A DNA stretch of 64,000 nucleotides. It comes from Candidatus Poribacteria bacterium. GTDB taxonomy: Bacteria; Poribacteria; WGA-4E; PCPOR2b. A model generated the notes under the pieces. The model was not told the origin of the DNA and did not search any database. It saw nothing but the letters and a program-made list of their open reading frames with translations. The stretch is taken from contig OZ244042.1 of the NCBI GenBank assembly GCA_965215015.1, forward strand, positions 1,024,001-1,088,000, given 5' to 3'. The translations under genes and the position numbers were made by a program. The first letter of the stretch is position 1, and each line of letters starts with the position of its first letter. Shown piece by piece: positions 29,594 through 40,518 of the stretch.

Positions 29594-32230
29594 ATGACCG
29601 ATATTCCAAAAACATATTCACCGCACGACATTGAAAAAAAATGGTACAAATTCTGGCGAGACAAGGATTATTTCCACGCCGCTGACATATCTGACACCCC
29701 CCCTTACTCGGTTGTGATTCCGCCCCCGAACATCACGGGGAGTTTGCATATCGGACACGCGCTCGATAACACCTTACAGGATGTGCTGATCCGTTGGCGG
29801 CGGATGGAGGGTTACAACGTGCTCTGGATGCCAGGAACAGATCATGCAGGGATTGTCACCGAAATCATCATGGAGAAGCAGCTCGCCGCTTGGGGAACAA
29901 GCCGCGAAGAGCTCGGACGCGAAAAATTCATCGCACGGATGTGGAACTGGAAAGAAGAATCCCGTGGAACAATCATTGATCAGTTGGAGCAACTCGGTTG
30001 TTCCTGCGACTGGGAACGCGAAAGATTCACGATGGATGAAGGACTCTCCAAAGCCGTCCGCACCGCATTTGTTCAGCTTTACAACGATGGTTTAATCTAT
30101 CGCGGGGAGTACATGGTCAACTGGTGCCCGAACTGCCAAACGGCGGTTTCCGACCTCGAAGTTGAGCCTGTTGAAATTGACGGAAATTTCTACCACATCA
30201 GGTATCCGATTAAGGATTCAGAGGAAGCCGTTGAAATCGCGACAACGCGCCCGGAAACGATGCTCGGTGACACAGCGGTTGCTGTCCACCCGGAAGATAC
30301 GCGCTATCAGCACCTCATCGGCAAAACAGCGGTTCTACCAATCCTTGGACGTGAACTTCCGATTATCGCAGATGAATATGTCGATTTGGAATTTGGCACG
30401 GGAGCATTGAAAGTCACGCCCGCTCACGACCCAAACGACTATGAAATCGGTCAACGACACGAACTTGAGCGGGTCAACATATTGAACCCGGGCGGGAGCT
30501 TGAACGAGAACGCGGGAACAAAGTATCAAGGTATGGATCGGTTTGAATGCCGCAAATTGTTGGTTGAGGATCTGCGTGAACAAGGGTATCTGATTAAGAT
30601 TATACGACACCCCCATGTGGTTGGACATCATGATCGGTGCAATCAGATTATTGAACCGTACATCTCACCACAGTGGTATCTGAACGTCAAACCGCTCGCA
30701 GCCCGTTCACTCGAAGCCGCACGACGTGGCGATGTGGTGTTTCTCCCAGAACGTGAGACCAAGCGGTTTTATCAATGGATGGAAATTATTGAACCGTGGC
30801 CCATTTCCCGCCAACGTTGGTGGGGACATCAACTCCCAATCTGGCACTGCGATGCTTGCGAAGGAATCACGGTGGCAGAGACTCCCCCCTCTCAGTGTGC
30901 TCACTGCAATTCTGAGAAGATTTGGCAAGATGGGGAGGTGCTCGATACATGGTTCAGTTCGGGGCTTTGGCCCTTCTCGACGATGGGTTGGCCCGATAAG
31001 ACAGAAGCCCTCAAGACATTTTATCCAACCTCTGTGTTAGTAACAGGTTGGGATATCCTCTTCTTTTGGGTGGCTCGAATGATTATGCTAGGCCTTCAGT
31101 GTATGGACGAAGTGCCGTTCCGGCATGTCTATCTCCACGCCCTAGTTGCCGATGAGCATGGACAGAAGCAGAGCAAGTCGAAAGGTAACGCGATTGATCC
31201 GGTACCAACCATTCACCAATATGGTGCCGATGCGTTTCGCTTCGCGCTGGTATTCGCCGCTGTGCCGAATCCATATATTGCGTTGGCTGAGTCCCAAATT
31301 GAAGCGGGGAAACGGTTTGCCAACAAAATCTGGAATGCCTCGCGCTTGCTACTGATGAATCTCAATGACTTCCAGCCCGGGCAGCCGACGAATCTTACCC
31401 TATGTGATCGATGGATTCGTAGCCGCTTTAATACAACCGTGGAAACGGTGACGACATGCCTTGAGGAGTTTCGCTTTAGTGATGCAGCGCACGCGCTCTA
31501 TGAATTTCTCTGGCACGAGTTTTGTGATTGGTATATTGAACTCATCAAGCAGCGTCTCTACTATACCGACGATCCAGCGGCGAAGCACACCGCACAGGCG
31601 GTTGCCTCCGAAATTCTCGAAGGCACGATGCGGCTGCTGCACCCAATCATGCCGTTTATCACAGAAGAGATTTGGCAGCGATTCCCCCACGAAGGTGATA
31701 GCATCATGGTTGCCCCTTGGCCCAAGCCACAAGCGGGTGAAATGGATGAGAAGGCGGAAGAAGCGATGCTGACAATCATGAACGTTATTGATGGTATCCG
31801 CAGTGTCCGTGGTGAAATGAACGTGCCGCCCTCCAGTGAAGTCGAGCTCCGAATTCAAGCCCCAAATCCGGATACGGCTGAACTGCTCACCGAATATCTA
31901 GAGGAATACCTGCCGGCGTTTGGGCGTTTTTCACAAATCTCTATCGCTGGACATCAGGAGAAGCCTGCCGCTGCTGCCGTAGCGGTGATCAGTGACATCG
32001 TGATCTACATCCCGCTCGCGGGCATCATCGACATTGAAAAAGAGAAAAACCGCTTACAGAAGCGGTTGGACAAGGTAGTTAAAGAACTCACCGGCACCCA
32101 GAAAACGCTGGACAACCCGAAGTTCGTTGACCGTGCGCCGGAAGCAGTTGTTGAGCAGAAACGCACCCGGCTTGCAACCCTTGAATCAGAGCAGGAGAAG
32201 CTAGTAGCCAATCTGGAGATGTTGGGTTAA
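29594..32230 (+). CDS. valS: Valine--tRNA ligase
   Basis: PPPNITGSLHIGH, ATTRPETMLGD, ISRQRWWGH, KQSKS and C-terminal coiled coil. Confidence 0.98.
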   Translation: MTDIPKTYSPHDIEKKWYKFWRDKDYFHAADISDTPPYSVVIPPPNITGSLHIGHALDNTLQDVLIRWRRMEGYNVLWMPGTDHAGIVTEIIMEKQLAAWGTSREELGREKFIARMWNWKEESRGTIIDQLEQLGCSCDWERERFTMDEGLSKAVRTAFVQLYNDGLIYRGEYMVNWCPNCQTAVSDLEVEPVEIDGNFYHIRYPIKDSEEAVEIATTRPETMLGDTAVAVHPEDTRYQHLIGKTAVLPILGRELPIIADEYVDLEFGTGALKVTPAHDPNDYEIGQRHELERVNILNPGGSLNENAGTKYQGMDRFECRKLLVEDLREQGYLIKIIRHPHVVGHHDRCNQIIEPYISPQWYLNVKPLAARSLEAARRGDVVFLPERETKRFYQWMEIIEPWPISRQRWWGHQLPIWHCDACEGITVAETPPSQCAHCNSEKIWQDGEVLDTWFSSGLWPFSTMGWPDKTEALKTFYPTSVLVTGWDILFFWVARMIMLGLQCMDEVPFRHVYLHALVADEHGQKQSKSKGNAIDPVPTIHQYGADAFRFALVFAAVPNPYIALAESQIEAGKRFANKIWNASRLLLMNLNDFQPGQPTNLTLCDRWIRSRFNTTVETVTTCLEEFRFSDAAHALYEFLWHEFCDWYIELIKQRLYYTDDPAAKHTAQAVASEILEGTMRLLHPIMPFITEEIWQRFPHEGDSIMVAPWPKPQAGEMDEKAEEAMLTIMNVIDGIRSVRGEMNVPPSSEVELRIQAPNPDTAELLTEYLEEYLPAFGRFSQISIAGHQEKPAAAAVAVISDIVIYIPLAGIIDIEKEKNRLQKRLDKVVKELTGTQKTLDNPKFVDRAPEAVVEQKRTRLATLESEQEKLVANLEMLG

Positions 32231-32292
32231 GAGGCTATTCCGATACGAGAGACAGGCGCAACCGAAATCTTTATAGATATAGGAGAAATAAG

Positions 32293-32550
32293 ATGGACCT
32301 CCATAAGGAAGTTGCCTTGAAAAAGCGACTTCGTACGGGATTCTTCAGAATCTGGGTAGTCTTGTACATATCCGCTGGCGCGATACTCTTCACTATCGGT
32401 GCCATCGGGGCGCGTGGAGAAGATATGGAGTTAGGCTTCGCAGTATATTCTGGCATGACTATTAGCGCACTAGCAGTTGGCTACCTAATTATCAGGATGC
32501 TCGTAGCCGCTTACTTCTGGATAGTTAAAGGGTTCAGAGGCGCGAAGTAA
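32293..32550 (+). CDS. Small two-TM membrane protein
   Basis: AGGAG RBS and two hydrophobic helices. Confidence 0.65.
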   Translation: MDLHKEVALKKRLRTGFFRIWVVLYISAGAILFTIGAIGARGEDMELGFAVYSGMTISALAVGYLIIRMLVAAYFWIVKGFRGAK

Positions 32551-32561
32551 GAGTATCCCCC

Positions 32562-32604
32562 GCCCGCGAAACGTGGTTTGCAGGTTCAAAACCTGCCGCG
32601 GGCA
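32562..32604 (+). other. tRNA-like minihelix (acceptor stem + T-arm only)
   Basis: GCCCGCG ... GCAGG-TTCAAAA-CCTGC-CGCGGGC-A. Confidence 0.4.
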
Positions 32605-32734
32605 GCCCCTATCTCTTAGGCTTCTATGAAGATGTAGTGGAAGCCTATACTCAGGCTGAAGCGTGGGAAAAGGTCAGGGAGATGCCCTTTAACGCTGAAG
32701 CGTTTCGGATTGTCTGTTATCGTGAAGGATTAAA

Positions 32735-33913
32735 ATGACAATAGTTGAGCGAGATTATTCCAACGCGAAAAAGTTAAGAATTGTCGTGGTAGGAGCAGGG
32801 ATTGTTGGGGCATCGATAGCCTATCACCTGTCGCGTCGCAAAGATGTTGCCCTGACCGTTCTTGAGCGAGATGAACCGTGTGCGGGAGCGTCGGGACATT
32901 CTTTTGCGTGGCTGAACTCCTTCGGCAAAGATCCTGTGAGCTATCACCACTTCAATCGCCGGTCAATGGACATCTGGGATCGATTCGCTCGCAGGCTGGG
33001 AGGAGATCTTGACCTCCACTGGGGTGGTGAACTTCGGTGGGAAAGTACGCCGGAGCGAGCTGAGGCATTGCGTCAACGCATCAAGCAGCTACAGGCATGG
33101 GGTTATCCCATCCGCATTATTTCGATCGATGAACTCTGCGAACTTGAACCTAGCCTTTCACCCGGTCCCGTGACGACAGCCTCTTTTTCGGAGGTTGACG
33201 GGCGGGTAGATCCGTTCAAAGTAATTGAAGCCTGTTTACAGCGGGCGCGTGAGAGCGGAACTGTGGTGCATACCCACACCCCGGTCACCGAACTATGCCT
33301 TGACAGGCGGGGAAAGGTAGAAGCGATTAATACCCCCACCGGAGAAATCAGTTGTGATGTGGTGGTATTGGCGAACGGAACTTCTGTAACGGAACTGGCC
33401 GCCACCGCCAGGGTCTACATCCCCCAGCAGAACAGTCCCGGCATAGTGATTCGCACCAATCCGCAGCCACCGATACTACACAACGTTTCAGTGCTGCACC
33501 TACCCCCCATTGACGAGGAGCGGCATGAAATTCACCTGCGACAATCCACCGACGGGACGCTTGCTATCGGTCAAGGCTCACAGGAAAGCGTAGACCAAGA
33601 CGACTCCCAAGAACACGCGGATGCCCTGTTAAGCCGCGCCTTACATTATCTACCAACCCTCGCCGGCGCACGAGCGATTCCAACGCCGGTGGGTTACCGT
33701 CCAATGCCGATTGACGAGTTACCGGTTATAGGATTTTGTGCGGCAGTGCCCAATCTGTATATCGCTGTGATGCACAGTGGAATCACGTTAGCACCTTTGG
33801 TGGGAGAATTGGCAACAGTAGAAATTATTGATGAAGCCCGTGTTGAAATGCTTGCTCCATATCGCCCGGAACGGTTCAGGTCCGCTAATCGCGCGAAATT
33901 TACACTAATATAG
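32735..33913 (+). CDS. FAD-dependent oxidoreductase (DAO/glycine oxidase family)
   Basis: GAGIVG, ASGHSFAW, VGYRPMP and HSGITLAP. Confidence 0.92.
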   Translation: MTIVERDYSNAKKLRIVVVGAGIVGASIAYHLSRRKDVALTVLERDEPCAGASGHSFAWLNSFGKDPVSYHHFNRRSMDIWDRFARRLGGDLDLHWGGELRWESTPERAEALRQRIKQLQAWGYPIRIISIDELCELEPSLSPGPVTTASFSEVDGRVDPFKVIEACLQRARESGTVVHTHTPVTELCLDRRGKVEAINTPTGEISCDVVVLANGTSVTELAATARVYIPQQNSPGIVIRTNPQPPILHNVSVLHLPPIDEERHEIHLRQSTDGTLAIGQGSQESVDQDDSQEHADALLSRALHYLPTLAGARAIPTPVGYRPMPIDELPVIGFCAAVPNLYIAVMHSGITLAPLVGELATVEIIDEARVEMLAPYRPERFRSANRAKFTLI

Positions 33914-34080
33914 TCTCACCATCAGAGGCTCTTTCGTGCAGATTCGTGGATTCGGAACCGAGTAGTAAGAAATAGAAGTTTTGGTAGTCTCCTCTACATT
34001 GCTAGCAGCTCCGGCGAGCCAAGGGTTTGCAACTTGCTCTGCCGGTCATAAGAAGGCACTAAACTGAAAGAGGCTTAAAT

Positions 34081-34449
34081 ATGATTCAAGTGAAGGAACA
34101 GCTAGAACAGTGCTTGGACAAATTTCGCGTGGGTAGGTTGACGGAGCAGGATTTGCATCAAGCGTTGGAAAACGTCAATGGTGAATTGGACACAGCGGCA
34201 AAGCCCCAACGCCTGTTATATCTTCAAGCCACCAATACGTCAGTTACTTCATCGGTTGAGGGCATGTCAATTGTGGATAGTGACGGCGTGCACAACGGGC
34301 CCGACGAGCCTGAAGATTGGCCCTACCAAACTGTGCACGAGGCAATGCTTGACGGCTGGCGTATCGTCAAGTTTCCCGAAATGACGCTGATGCTGGTGGG
34401 GGAAAACGAAACCTATGGACTCGGCTGCGAATTTATCCTCGAAAAGTGA
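34081..34449 (+). CDS. Hypothetical protein translationally coupled to a PhyH gene
   Basis: GAGG RBS; stop overlaps the next start; WPYQTVHEAMLDGWRIVKFP. Confidence 0.7.
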   Translation: MIQVKEQLEQCLDKFRVGRLTEQDLHQALENVNGELDTAAKPQRLLYLQATNTSVTSSVEGMSIVDSDGVHNGPDEPEDWPYQTVHEAMLDGWRIVKFPEMTLMLVGENETYGLGCEFILEK

Positions 34450-35330
34450 ACCCACAATCGCAGCGTTTCTACGAAAGGATTGAAAGGATTTTACCGATGA
34501 TCGATCAAACATACGATTGCGAACCGATATTAACAGATCAACAGGTAATCGAATTTTGTCAGAAGGGATTTATCATCCTCGAAAGCGTGGTGTCAGATGA
34601 AGTCAATCGCCGCGTCTCAGATTTTCTGGATGGGCACCCTCACTTAGAACCGGTCGAAATCCTCGCTGAAGACTGGTTCGTCGAAGGCGTCCTCAAAAAT
34701 CCACAGGCAGCAGGGGCGGTACGGTCGCTGTTGGGAAAGAACTTCAAGCTGCCAATGATCATGAGCAACCACCGTGTTGAATGCCCTAGGACGCTGAGCT
34801 GTGGCTGGCATCGTGACGGCGGTGCCATTGACGGAACACGGCTCGAATTTTTACAGGTATTTTACTATCCCCAAGACACGCCGAAAGAAATGGGACCGAC
34901 CGAATTGGTGCCGAGCTCACATTTGGTCCGCACCAAACGCCGCTTTATGAGTCACTACGGCAACATCCGAAAGGGCGTCAAAACGGCAGCACCGGCGGGC
35001 TCAATTTTTATTACGCACTACAGCATTTGGCACCGCGCCACCTCCGCCACCGGCAGCGGCATCCGCAACCTGCTTAAATACAACTATTGGCGGACAGTCC
35101 CGCCGCAACGTGATTGGGTGGTTGATCCTTCTATTGACTTTATGCAGACGCGGTTCATGCCAGACGTTTCAGTCCTTGAAAAGTGGTACGATTCCATTCA
35201 TGTTGCCCGGTTGTTCCAGTGGTTGTGTGGCCTCGGTGACGATTTCGATTTCAAGGGAGGCCAATCCTGGCCCATCACTGCTGGTGGGGGCTATAACACA
35301 ACCGAGGGGCTACCACCCGGACTGGCTTGA
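34446..35330 (+). CDS. Phytanoyl-CoA dioxygenase (PhyH) family protein
   Basis: WHRD, GPTELVPSSH and IWHRA. Confidence 0.88.
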   Translation: MNPQSQRFYERIERILPMIDQTYDCEPILTDQQVIEFCQKGFIILESVVSDEVNRRVSDFLDGHPHLEPVEILAEDWFVEGVLKNPQAAGAVRSLLGKNFKLPMIMSNHRVECPRTLSCGWHRDGGAIDGTRLEFLQVFYYPQDTPKEMGPTELVPSSHLVRTKRRFMSHYGNIRKGVKTAAPAGSIFITHYSIWHRATSATGSGIRNLLKYNYWRTVPPQRDWVVDPSIDFMQTRFMPDVSVLEKWYDSIHVARLFQWLCGLGDDFDFKGGQSWPITAGGGYNTTEGLPPGLA

Positions 35331-35356
35331 GACATCATAGGAAGGAGCATTAACCG

Positions 35357-36187
35357 ATGCAACCAACACAGAATACTTCCACAGCAGAGGTGCCCTCAAG
35401 GTCAGCCGCCGAATTGATTGCTTACGATAGTCGAAAAGAACGAGCACAGGCGATGGAGCGTGAGGGCTTTGTTTTTCTTCCCGCGGTTCTCAGTCCTGAA
35501 CAGGTTCAAGAATTGCGCGCATGTTCCGACCGTATCCAAACTGTCGCAACACCGAGGTGGGACTTTATTGATCCCAACGGCAGCGGGATTAAAACTATCC
35601 AGAATGCGTTTAACCGAGATCCACTCTATCTCGATTTCCTAGATAAACCGGGCGTCCTCGAATTGGTCGAGGATACTCTAGGCGAAGACTGCCATATCAT
35701 CCAGATGACTCAGTGGAATACGGGGAAGCGGGAAGAGCAGGGAATGCACACCGATTGGAAGCCAGTTCTGCTGCCCAACGATGTAGCACTTGATCCGCGG
35801 GTTAAGATCCCGGCACTGATTATGACCGCCCACTTTTATCTAGATGATATGTACGAAGCTCTTGGACCAACGCGTATCATTCCCGGCAGCCACCGGGCCG
35901 GCGTAAAACCTGAACGGGATCAGGATAAGTGGAATGACGCGGAGGAACAATCAATTCTCTGCCAAGCAGGTGATGTGATTGTTTTCAGGAGCGATGTGTG
36001 GCATCGAGGCGGTGCCAATCGTACCGATCAGGTCCGCTATCTGCTGCAAGTCCATTACGCCAATCGGTGGATCGCCCAACGATTTCCACCTTTTCTGAGT
36101 TTTCAGTTTGATCCGGAAATTTTATCGAAGGCCACGCCGCGCCAGCGCAGGCTGTTAGGCGAACATCACCCAGGCCCCTTTGCTTAA
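35357..36187 (+). CDS. PhyH family dioxygenase
   Basis: MHTD, GPTRIIPGSH and VWHRGGAN. Confidence 0.9.
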   Translation: MQPTQNTSTAEVPSRSAAELIAYDSRKERAQAMEREGFVFLPAVLSPEQVQELRACSDRIQTVATPRWDFIDPNGSGIKTIQNAFNRDPLYLDFLDKPGVLELVEDTLGEDCHIIQMTQWNTGKREEQGMHTDWKPVLLPNDVALDPRVKIPALIMTAHFYLDDMYEALGPTRIIPGSHRAGVKPERDQDKWNDAEEQSILCQAGDVIVFRSDVWHRGGANRTDQVRYLLQVHYANRWIAQRFPPFLSFQFDPEILSKATPRQRRLLGEHHPGPFA

Positions 36188-36298
36188 AACAAGAGTATTC
36201 TTGCAAGGGTGCAAAATCGCCGCACAGTTTTTAGTCAGGAGAATGCTCTCATGATCGACATTGTATCAACACCGGTTGTCAACAGATAGAAAGATAAT

Positions 36299-36790
36299 AT
36301 AGCAGAATTCGATATTGTTTCCAAACAGCTTGTTAAAGATTATCCCGCGTATTTCGTTCGGTTCATGTTTGAACAAGAGTGTCGAAGTTCTGGAAGTCAT
36401 TGACATTGAGCAACCTACTGTCGAATCCCGATCAATGGATAGCCTCATACGGGTACGATCCATGGTGAGGAATCATTGATACATAACGAATTTCAAACGG
36501 GGGACAGTATGAATCCGCCAATGCCACGCCGCATGACGGGATATATTGGTCAGACGATTGAAATCTACGGACTTCCCATTTGTTCCAACGTTATCTATCT
36601 TCGTCCGGAGGCCGGACAAAGAGATTCGGGGCAGTACGTGCAGGAGAGGGTTGGGGATCATATCATCATCCAGTATAAGGTCATAAGATTGATCAAAATT
36701 GAAGGACAAGCAATTATCGAGCAAGAACTCTGGGGGCGGCTCCCCTTCACTCCACTGATGAAAACGTCTCAAGGAATAGTTGCCAACAGT
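36299..36790 (+). pseudogene. Rpn-family (PD-(D/E)XK nuclease/transposase) relic
   Basis: Frameshifted pieces FDIVSKQLVKDYP, DSLIRV, IHNEFQTGDS...MPRRM.GY and VIYLRP. Confidence 0.75.
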
Positions 36791-36979
36791 GGTTGCGGCG
36801 ATGTGTTCAAACCGCAGACGCTCTGCCTTTGAATCACACAAACAAGTCAAATTTTTTCACAGACATCGCTCTCCTCACCCCAACGTTCAATGGGTAGCAA
36901 CTTGGTTTATAGTACATTCAGTTGAGCATAATAATGCAGATTTAGCTTTTGATAATAGCGAACATAAAAGGGAGTACGC

Positions 36980-39079
36980 ATGACTTTCAGGTATCGTCTG
37001 GGAGTAGACATTGGAGGGACGTTCACCGATGCAACCCTGATCAACGAGGAAACAGGTGAGATCCGCGTCGGCAAAGTGCCTTCGACACCCCAAGACCCGT
37101 CACACGGTTTTATGGAGGCGACCCATCGTATACTACGCGAAGCCGACGTGTCGCCGGACGAGGTCGGTTACGTCGTTCACGGCACAACTGTGGCAACCAA
37201 CTCAATCATTGAAGGGAAGGTCGCCCGCACAGGTTTCATTACGACCGACGGCTTTCGCGATCTGCTGGAGATTCAGCGACAGATACGACCGTCACTCTAC
37301 GATTTACAATTTGAAAAACCTCGTCCCCTGACGCCCCGTTATCTGTGCTTCGGCGTACCTGAACGATTGGATGCACAAGGAAGTGTGCTCACACCCCTTG
37401 ATGAGTCCGCAGTCAGGCATGTAGCCGAACAACTACGTCAAGAAGATGTGGAATCGATTGCTGTTTGCTTCCTCCACGCCTATATCAATCCGAGCCATGA
37501 GAAACGGACAGGGAAGATTCTACGCGAAGCCCTCCCGGACACCGTCATCTCCCTTTCATCGGAGGTGGCCCCGGAGTTCCGGGAGTATTTCCGGGCAAGT
37601 ACGACGGTCATCAACGCTTCCATTAGGCCCGTCGTCGGGCGTTACCTCCAGAGTATTGAAGCACGGTTGCGGGCGGAGGGACTGGAGGCAGAATTGCTTG
37701 TGATGCAAAGCAGTGGCGGAGTTTTCACATTTGCGGCAGCGAGCGAGAAACCGGTCTTCATGGTAGAGTCGGGGCCCGCAGCAGGCGTCATTGCCGCGAC
37801 CTATCTAGGCACGACATTGGAATGCCCGGATGTCATCTCTTTCGACATGGGGGGCACCACAGCGAAGGCAGGACTTATCCAGAACGGGACACCACGAGTC
37901 ACCAAGGACTACGAGGTTGGAACAGCGGCTCAAACCGGCGTGGGTGCCTCCCGTGGTGCAGGCTATCCTATCCGCACCCCCGTCATCGATCTTGTGGAGA
38001 TTGGTGCCGGGGGAGGCTCTATCGCTTGGGTGGACTCCGGCGGGGTGCTGCGAGTAGGACCGCAGAGCGCAGGTGCGGATCCAGGTCCGGTGTGCTATGG
38101 AACGGGCGGCACCGAACCGACCATTACCGATGCTAATCTGGTCCTAGGGCGACTCAACCCCAGCTTTTTCTTAGGCGGTGAAATTGAATTAGATGTTGAG
38201 GCAGCGCGTCGGGCAATCCAAGAAAACTGTGCAGATCCGTTGAATCTTGATGTTGTAGACGCAGCTCACGGCATCGTGGAGATCGCTAATGCTGCAATGG
38301 TCAATGCTTTGCGACTTGTCTCTGTTCAGCGCGGTTACGATCCCAGAGACTTCGTGCTAACAGCGTTTGGCGGTGCGGGTCCGGTACACGCCAATCGCTT
38401 GGCGGCAGAAATTGAAGCACCCACCACCATTATCCCTATGAGCCCCGGTACAACTTCAGCCATGGGCTTGCTGGTGACTGACCTCAAGCATGACTACTCC
38501 ACGACCCTCATTCAACACGTCGATCAATTGAATACGGCGGCGGTAGAGGAGACCTACCAAGAGTTGGAAGCACAGGGAGGTGCAAGTCTAGAGCGGGAGG
38601 GCGTGCGTCAGGAGGACATCAGTTTCCGCCGACAGGTGGATATGCGCTATGTAGGACAAAGCTACGAGCTGACAGTGCTGTTACCGGCGGAACAGCTGGA
38701 TGTTTCAAAGATTGACCGTGTGCTTGAACAGTTTCATATCGAGCATGACCGCGCATACGGCTATAGTGCACCTGAAGAACCGGCCGAGTTCGTGAACCTG
38801 AGACTTACTGCAATCGGCAAAATCGCCAAGCCCCGCCTACGCGAGTTGGAAGGCAGCAACACAAACATCGCTGCAGCCCAGAAAGCTACCCGGTCCGTTT
38901 ATTTTGCCGAGAGTGGCGGCTATGTTGAATGCCCCATCTATGACCGCTATCGCCTGGGACCCGACTGCGTCTTGACGGGACCAGCAATCGTTGAAGAGAT
39001 CGATTCCACCACGGTCATCCACCCCGGCTACCGTGCACAGGTTGACAGGTTCGGTAACCTGATCCTGGCTCGAATTTAA
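36980..39079 (+). CDS. Hydantoinase A / 5-oxoprolinase ATP-binding subunit
   Basis: DIGGTFTD, HGTTVATN, SGPAAG, DMGGTT and GPQSAGADPGP. Confidence 0.95.
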   Translation: MTFRYRLGVDIGGTFTDATLINEETGEIRVGKVPSTPQDPSHGFMEATHRILREADVSPDEVGYVVHGTTVATNSIIEGKVARTGFITTDGFRDLLEIQRQIRPSLYDLQFEKPRPLTPRYLCFGVPERLDAQGSVLTPLDESAVRHVAEQLRQEDVESIAVCFLHAYINPSHEKRTGKILREALPDTVISLSSEVAPEFREYFRASTTVINASIRPVVGRYLQSIEARLRAEGLEAELLVMQSSGGVFTFAAASEKPVFMVESGPAAGVIAATYLGTTLECPDVISFDMGGTTAKAGLIQNGTPRVTKDYEVGTAAQTGVGASRGAGYPIRTPVIDLVEIGAGGGSIAWVDSGGVLRVGPQSAGADPGPVCYGTGGTEPTITDANLVLGRLNPSFFLGGEIELDVEAARRAIQENCADPLNLDVVDAAHGIVEIANAAMVNALRLVSVQRGYDPRDFVLTAFGGAGPVHANRLAAEIEAPTTIIPMSPGTTSAMGLLVTDLKHDYSTTLIQHVDQLNTAAVEETYQELEAQGGASLEREGVRQEDISFRRQVDMRYVGQSYELTVLLPAEQLDVSKIDRVLEQFHIEHDRAYGYSAPEEPAEFVNLRLTAIGKIAKPRLRELEGSNTNIAAAQKATRSVYFAESGGYVECPIYDRYRLGPDCVLTGPAIVEEIDSTTVIHPGYRAQVDRFGNLILARI

Positions 39080-39123
39080 TCAGGATTTTTCCAAGTTCGT
39101 CAACGCAGCCTAGGAGATTCTTC

Positions 39124-40395
39124 TTGAGCACAACAACAGCCAATAGCAGCGCACCAATTGGATACCGCGAGTTGATTCGTGGCAATCGCAATTTTCGCCT
39201 GCTTTGGCTTGGGCAGATTATCAGTCTTCTAGGGGATTGGTTCAATTTCGTCGCTTCCGCTTCGCTCATCGCGATACTGACCCAGTCTGGATTCGCTGTC
39301 GGCAGCCTCTTCGTCGTTCGTATGCTCGCACCATTCTTCGTCAGTCCTATCACTGGCGTAGTTGCCGACCGCTATAATCGCAAACACATCCTCATTATAA
39401 CGGACTTGGCGCGCGTCGTGGTCGCATTTGGCTTCCTTTTGGTTCGGACCGCAGATGATGTTTGGCTGCTTTACGTCTTGACCGCCCTCCAACTTGGAAT
39501 CGGTAGTTTTTTCTTTCCCGCGCGAAATGCGATTTTGCCCGACGTTGTTTCATCGCAGGTACTCGGTGCTGCCAACGCCTTGGGATCCGCTACCTGGTCG
39601 GTTATGCTCGCTGTGGGTGCTGCTATCGGCGGAATTGTATCCGGCGCATGGGGCATCTACCCCGCCTTTGTCATTGACGGCTTGACATTTCTCCTCTCAG
39701 CCGCATTCATCGCCCGGATCAAACTCGATGTGGAGTCAGTTCTCGCCGCGTCGGATCAAACTATCGGGGGTGCTTTCAAAGAGTACCTTGACGGTTTACG
39801 TTACCTTGGTAGGCACACCGACACACTGGTCATCGCATTGCATAAGGCTGCCAGCGCGCTGATGATGGGTTCTGGATCTCAGGTGGGATTGGTCGCCATC
39901 GCCAAAGAGATCTTTGTCACTGGAGAAGGTGGGGGTATCAGTCTCGGTCTTATGCTTGGGATGGGTGGCGTTGGAACAGGTGTGGGGCCCATCATCGCCC
40001 GTCGTTTCACCGGGGACAAGGATCTCCCACTGCGGAATACCATCATTTTCGGCTACCTGATGGGCGCTGTGGGGCTCGCCATCGTCGCGCCGATGGTTCA
40101 CTTCGGCTGGGTACTTTTGGGGGTTACCCTTCGTGGAATTGGTGGGGGAATTATCTGGGTATTCTCAACACAACTACTATTGCATCTCACCCCCAATACG
40201 GTTCGCGGGCGGGTCTTTGCCACCGATTTTGCCCTTTTTACGCTGATGAGTGCCATCGGTTCTGCGGTTGCTGGCGGAGCACTCGACGCTTCACTGAGCC
40301 TCCCGGCAATTTTCTGGTGGATGGCGGGTTTGACGCTGATCCCAGCGATTCTGTGGGCGATATGGCTAGGCAAAAGAATAAAACGCGAAACGTGA
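39124..40395 (+). CDS. MFS transporter
   Basis: About 12 TM helices; GVVADRYNRK motif A and RGRVFA. Confidence 0.93.
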   Translation: MSTTTANSSAPIGYRELIRGNRNFRLLWLGQIISLLGDWFNFVASASLIAILTQSGFAVGSLFVVRMLAPFFVSPITGVVADRYNRKHILIITDLARVVVAFGFLLVRTADDVWLLYVLTALQLGIGSFFFPARNAILPDVVSSQVLGAANALGSATWSVMLAVGAAIGGIVSGAWGIYPAFVIDGLTFLLSAAFIARIKLDVESVLAASDQTIGGAFKEYLDGLRYLGRHTDTLVIALHKAASALMMGSGSQVGLVAIAKEIFVTGEGGGISLGLMLGMGGVGTGVGPIIARRFTGDKDLPLRNTIIFGYLMGAVGLAIVAPMVHFGWVLLGVTLRGIGGGIIWVFSTQLLLHLTPNTVRGRVFATDFALFTLMSAIGSAVAGGALDASLSLPAIFWWMAGLTLIPAILWAIWLGKRIKRET

Positions 40396-40518
40396 AAAGG
40401 AACGCAAGGGCACCAGGACGCAAAAAAAAACAATAAAGGTTCTTCTTTGCACCTTTGCGTTAAGATAAGTGGATTTGAAGTGCCGGGATGTCACGGTTGG
40501 TGCAGATTCGTGGACGCT

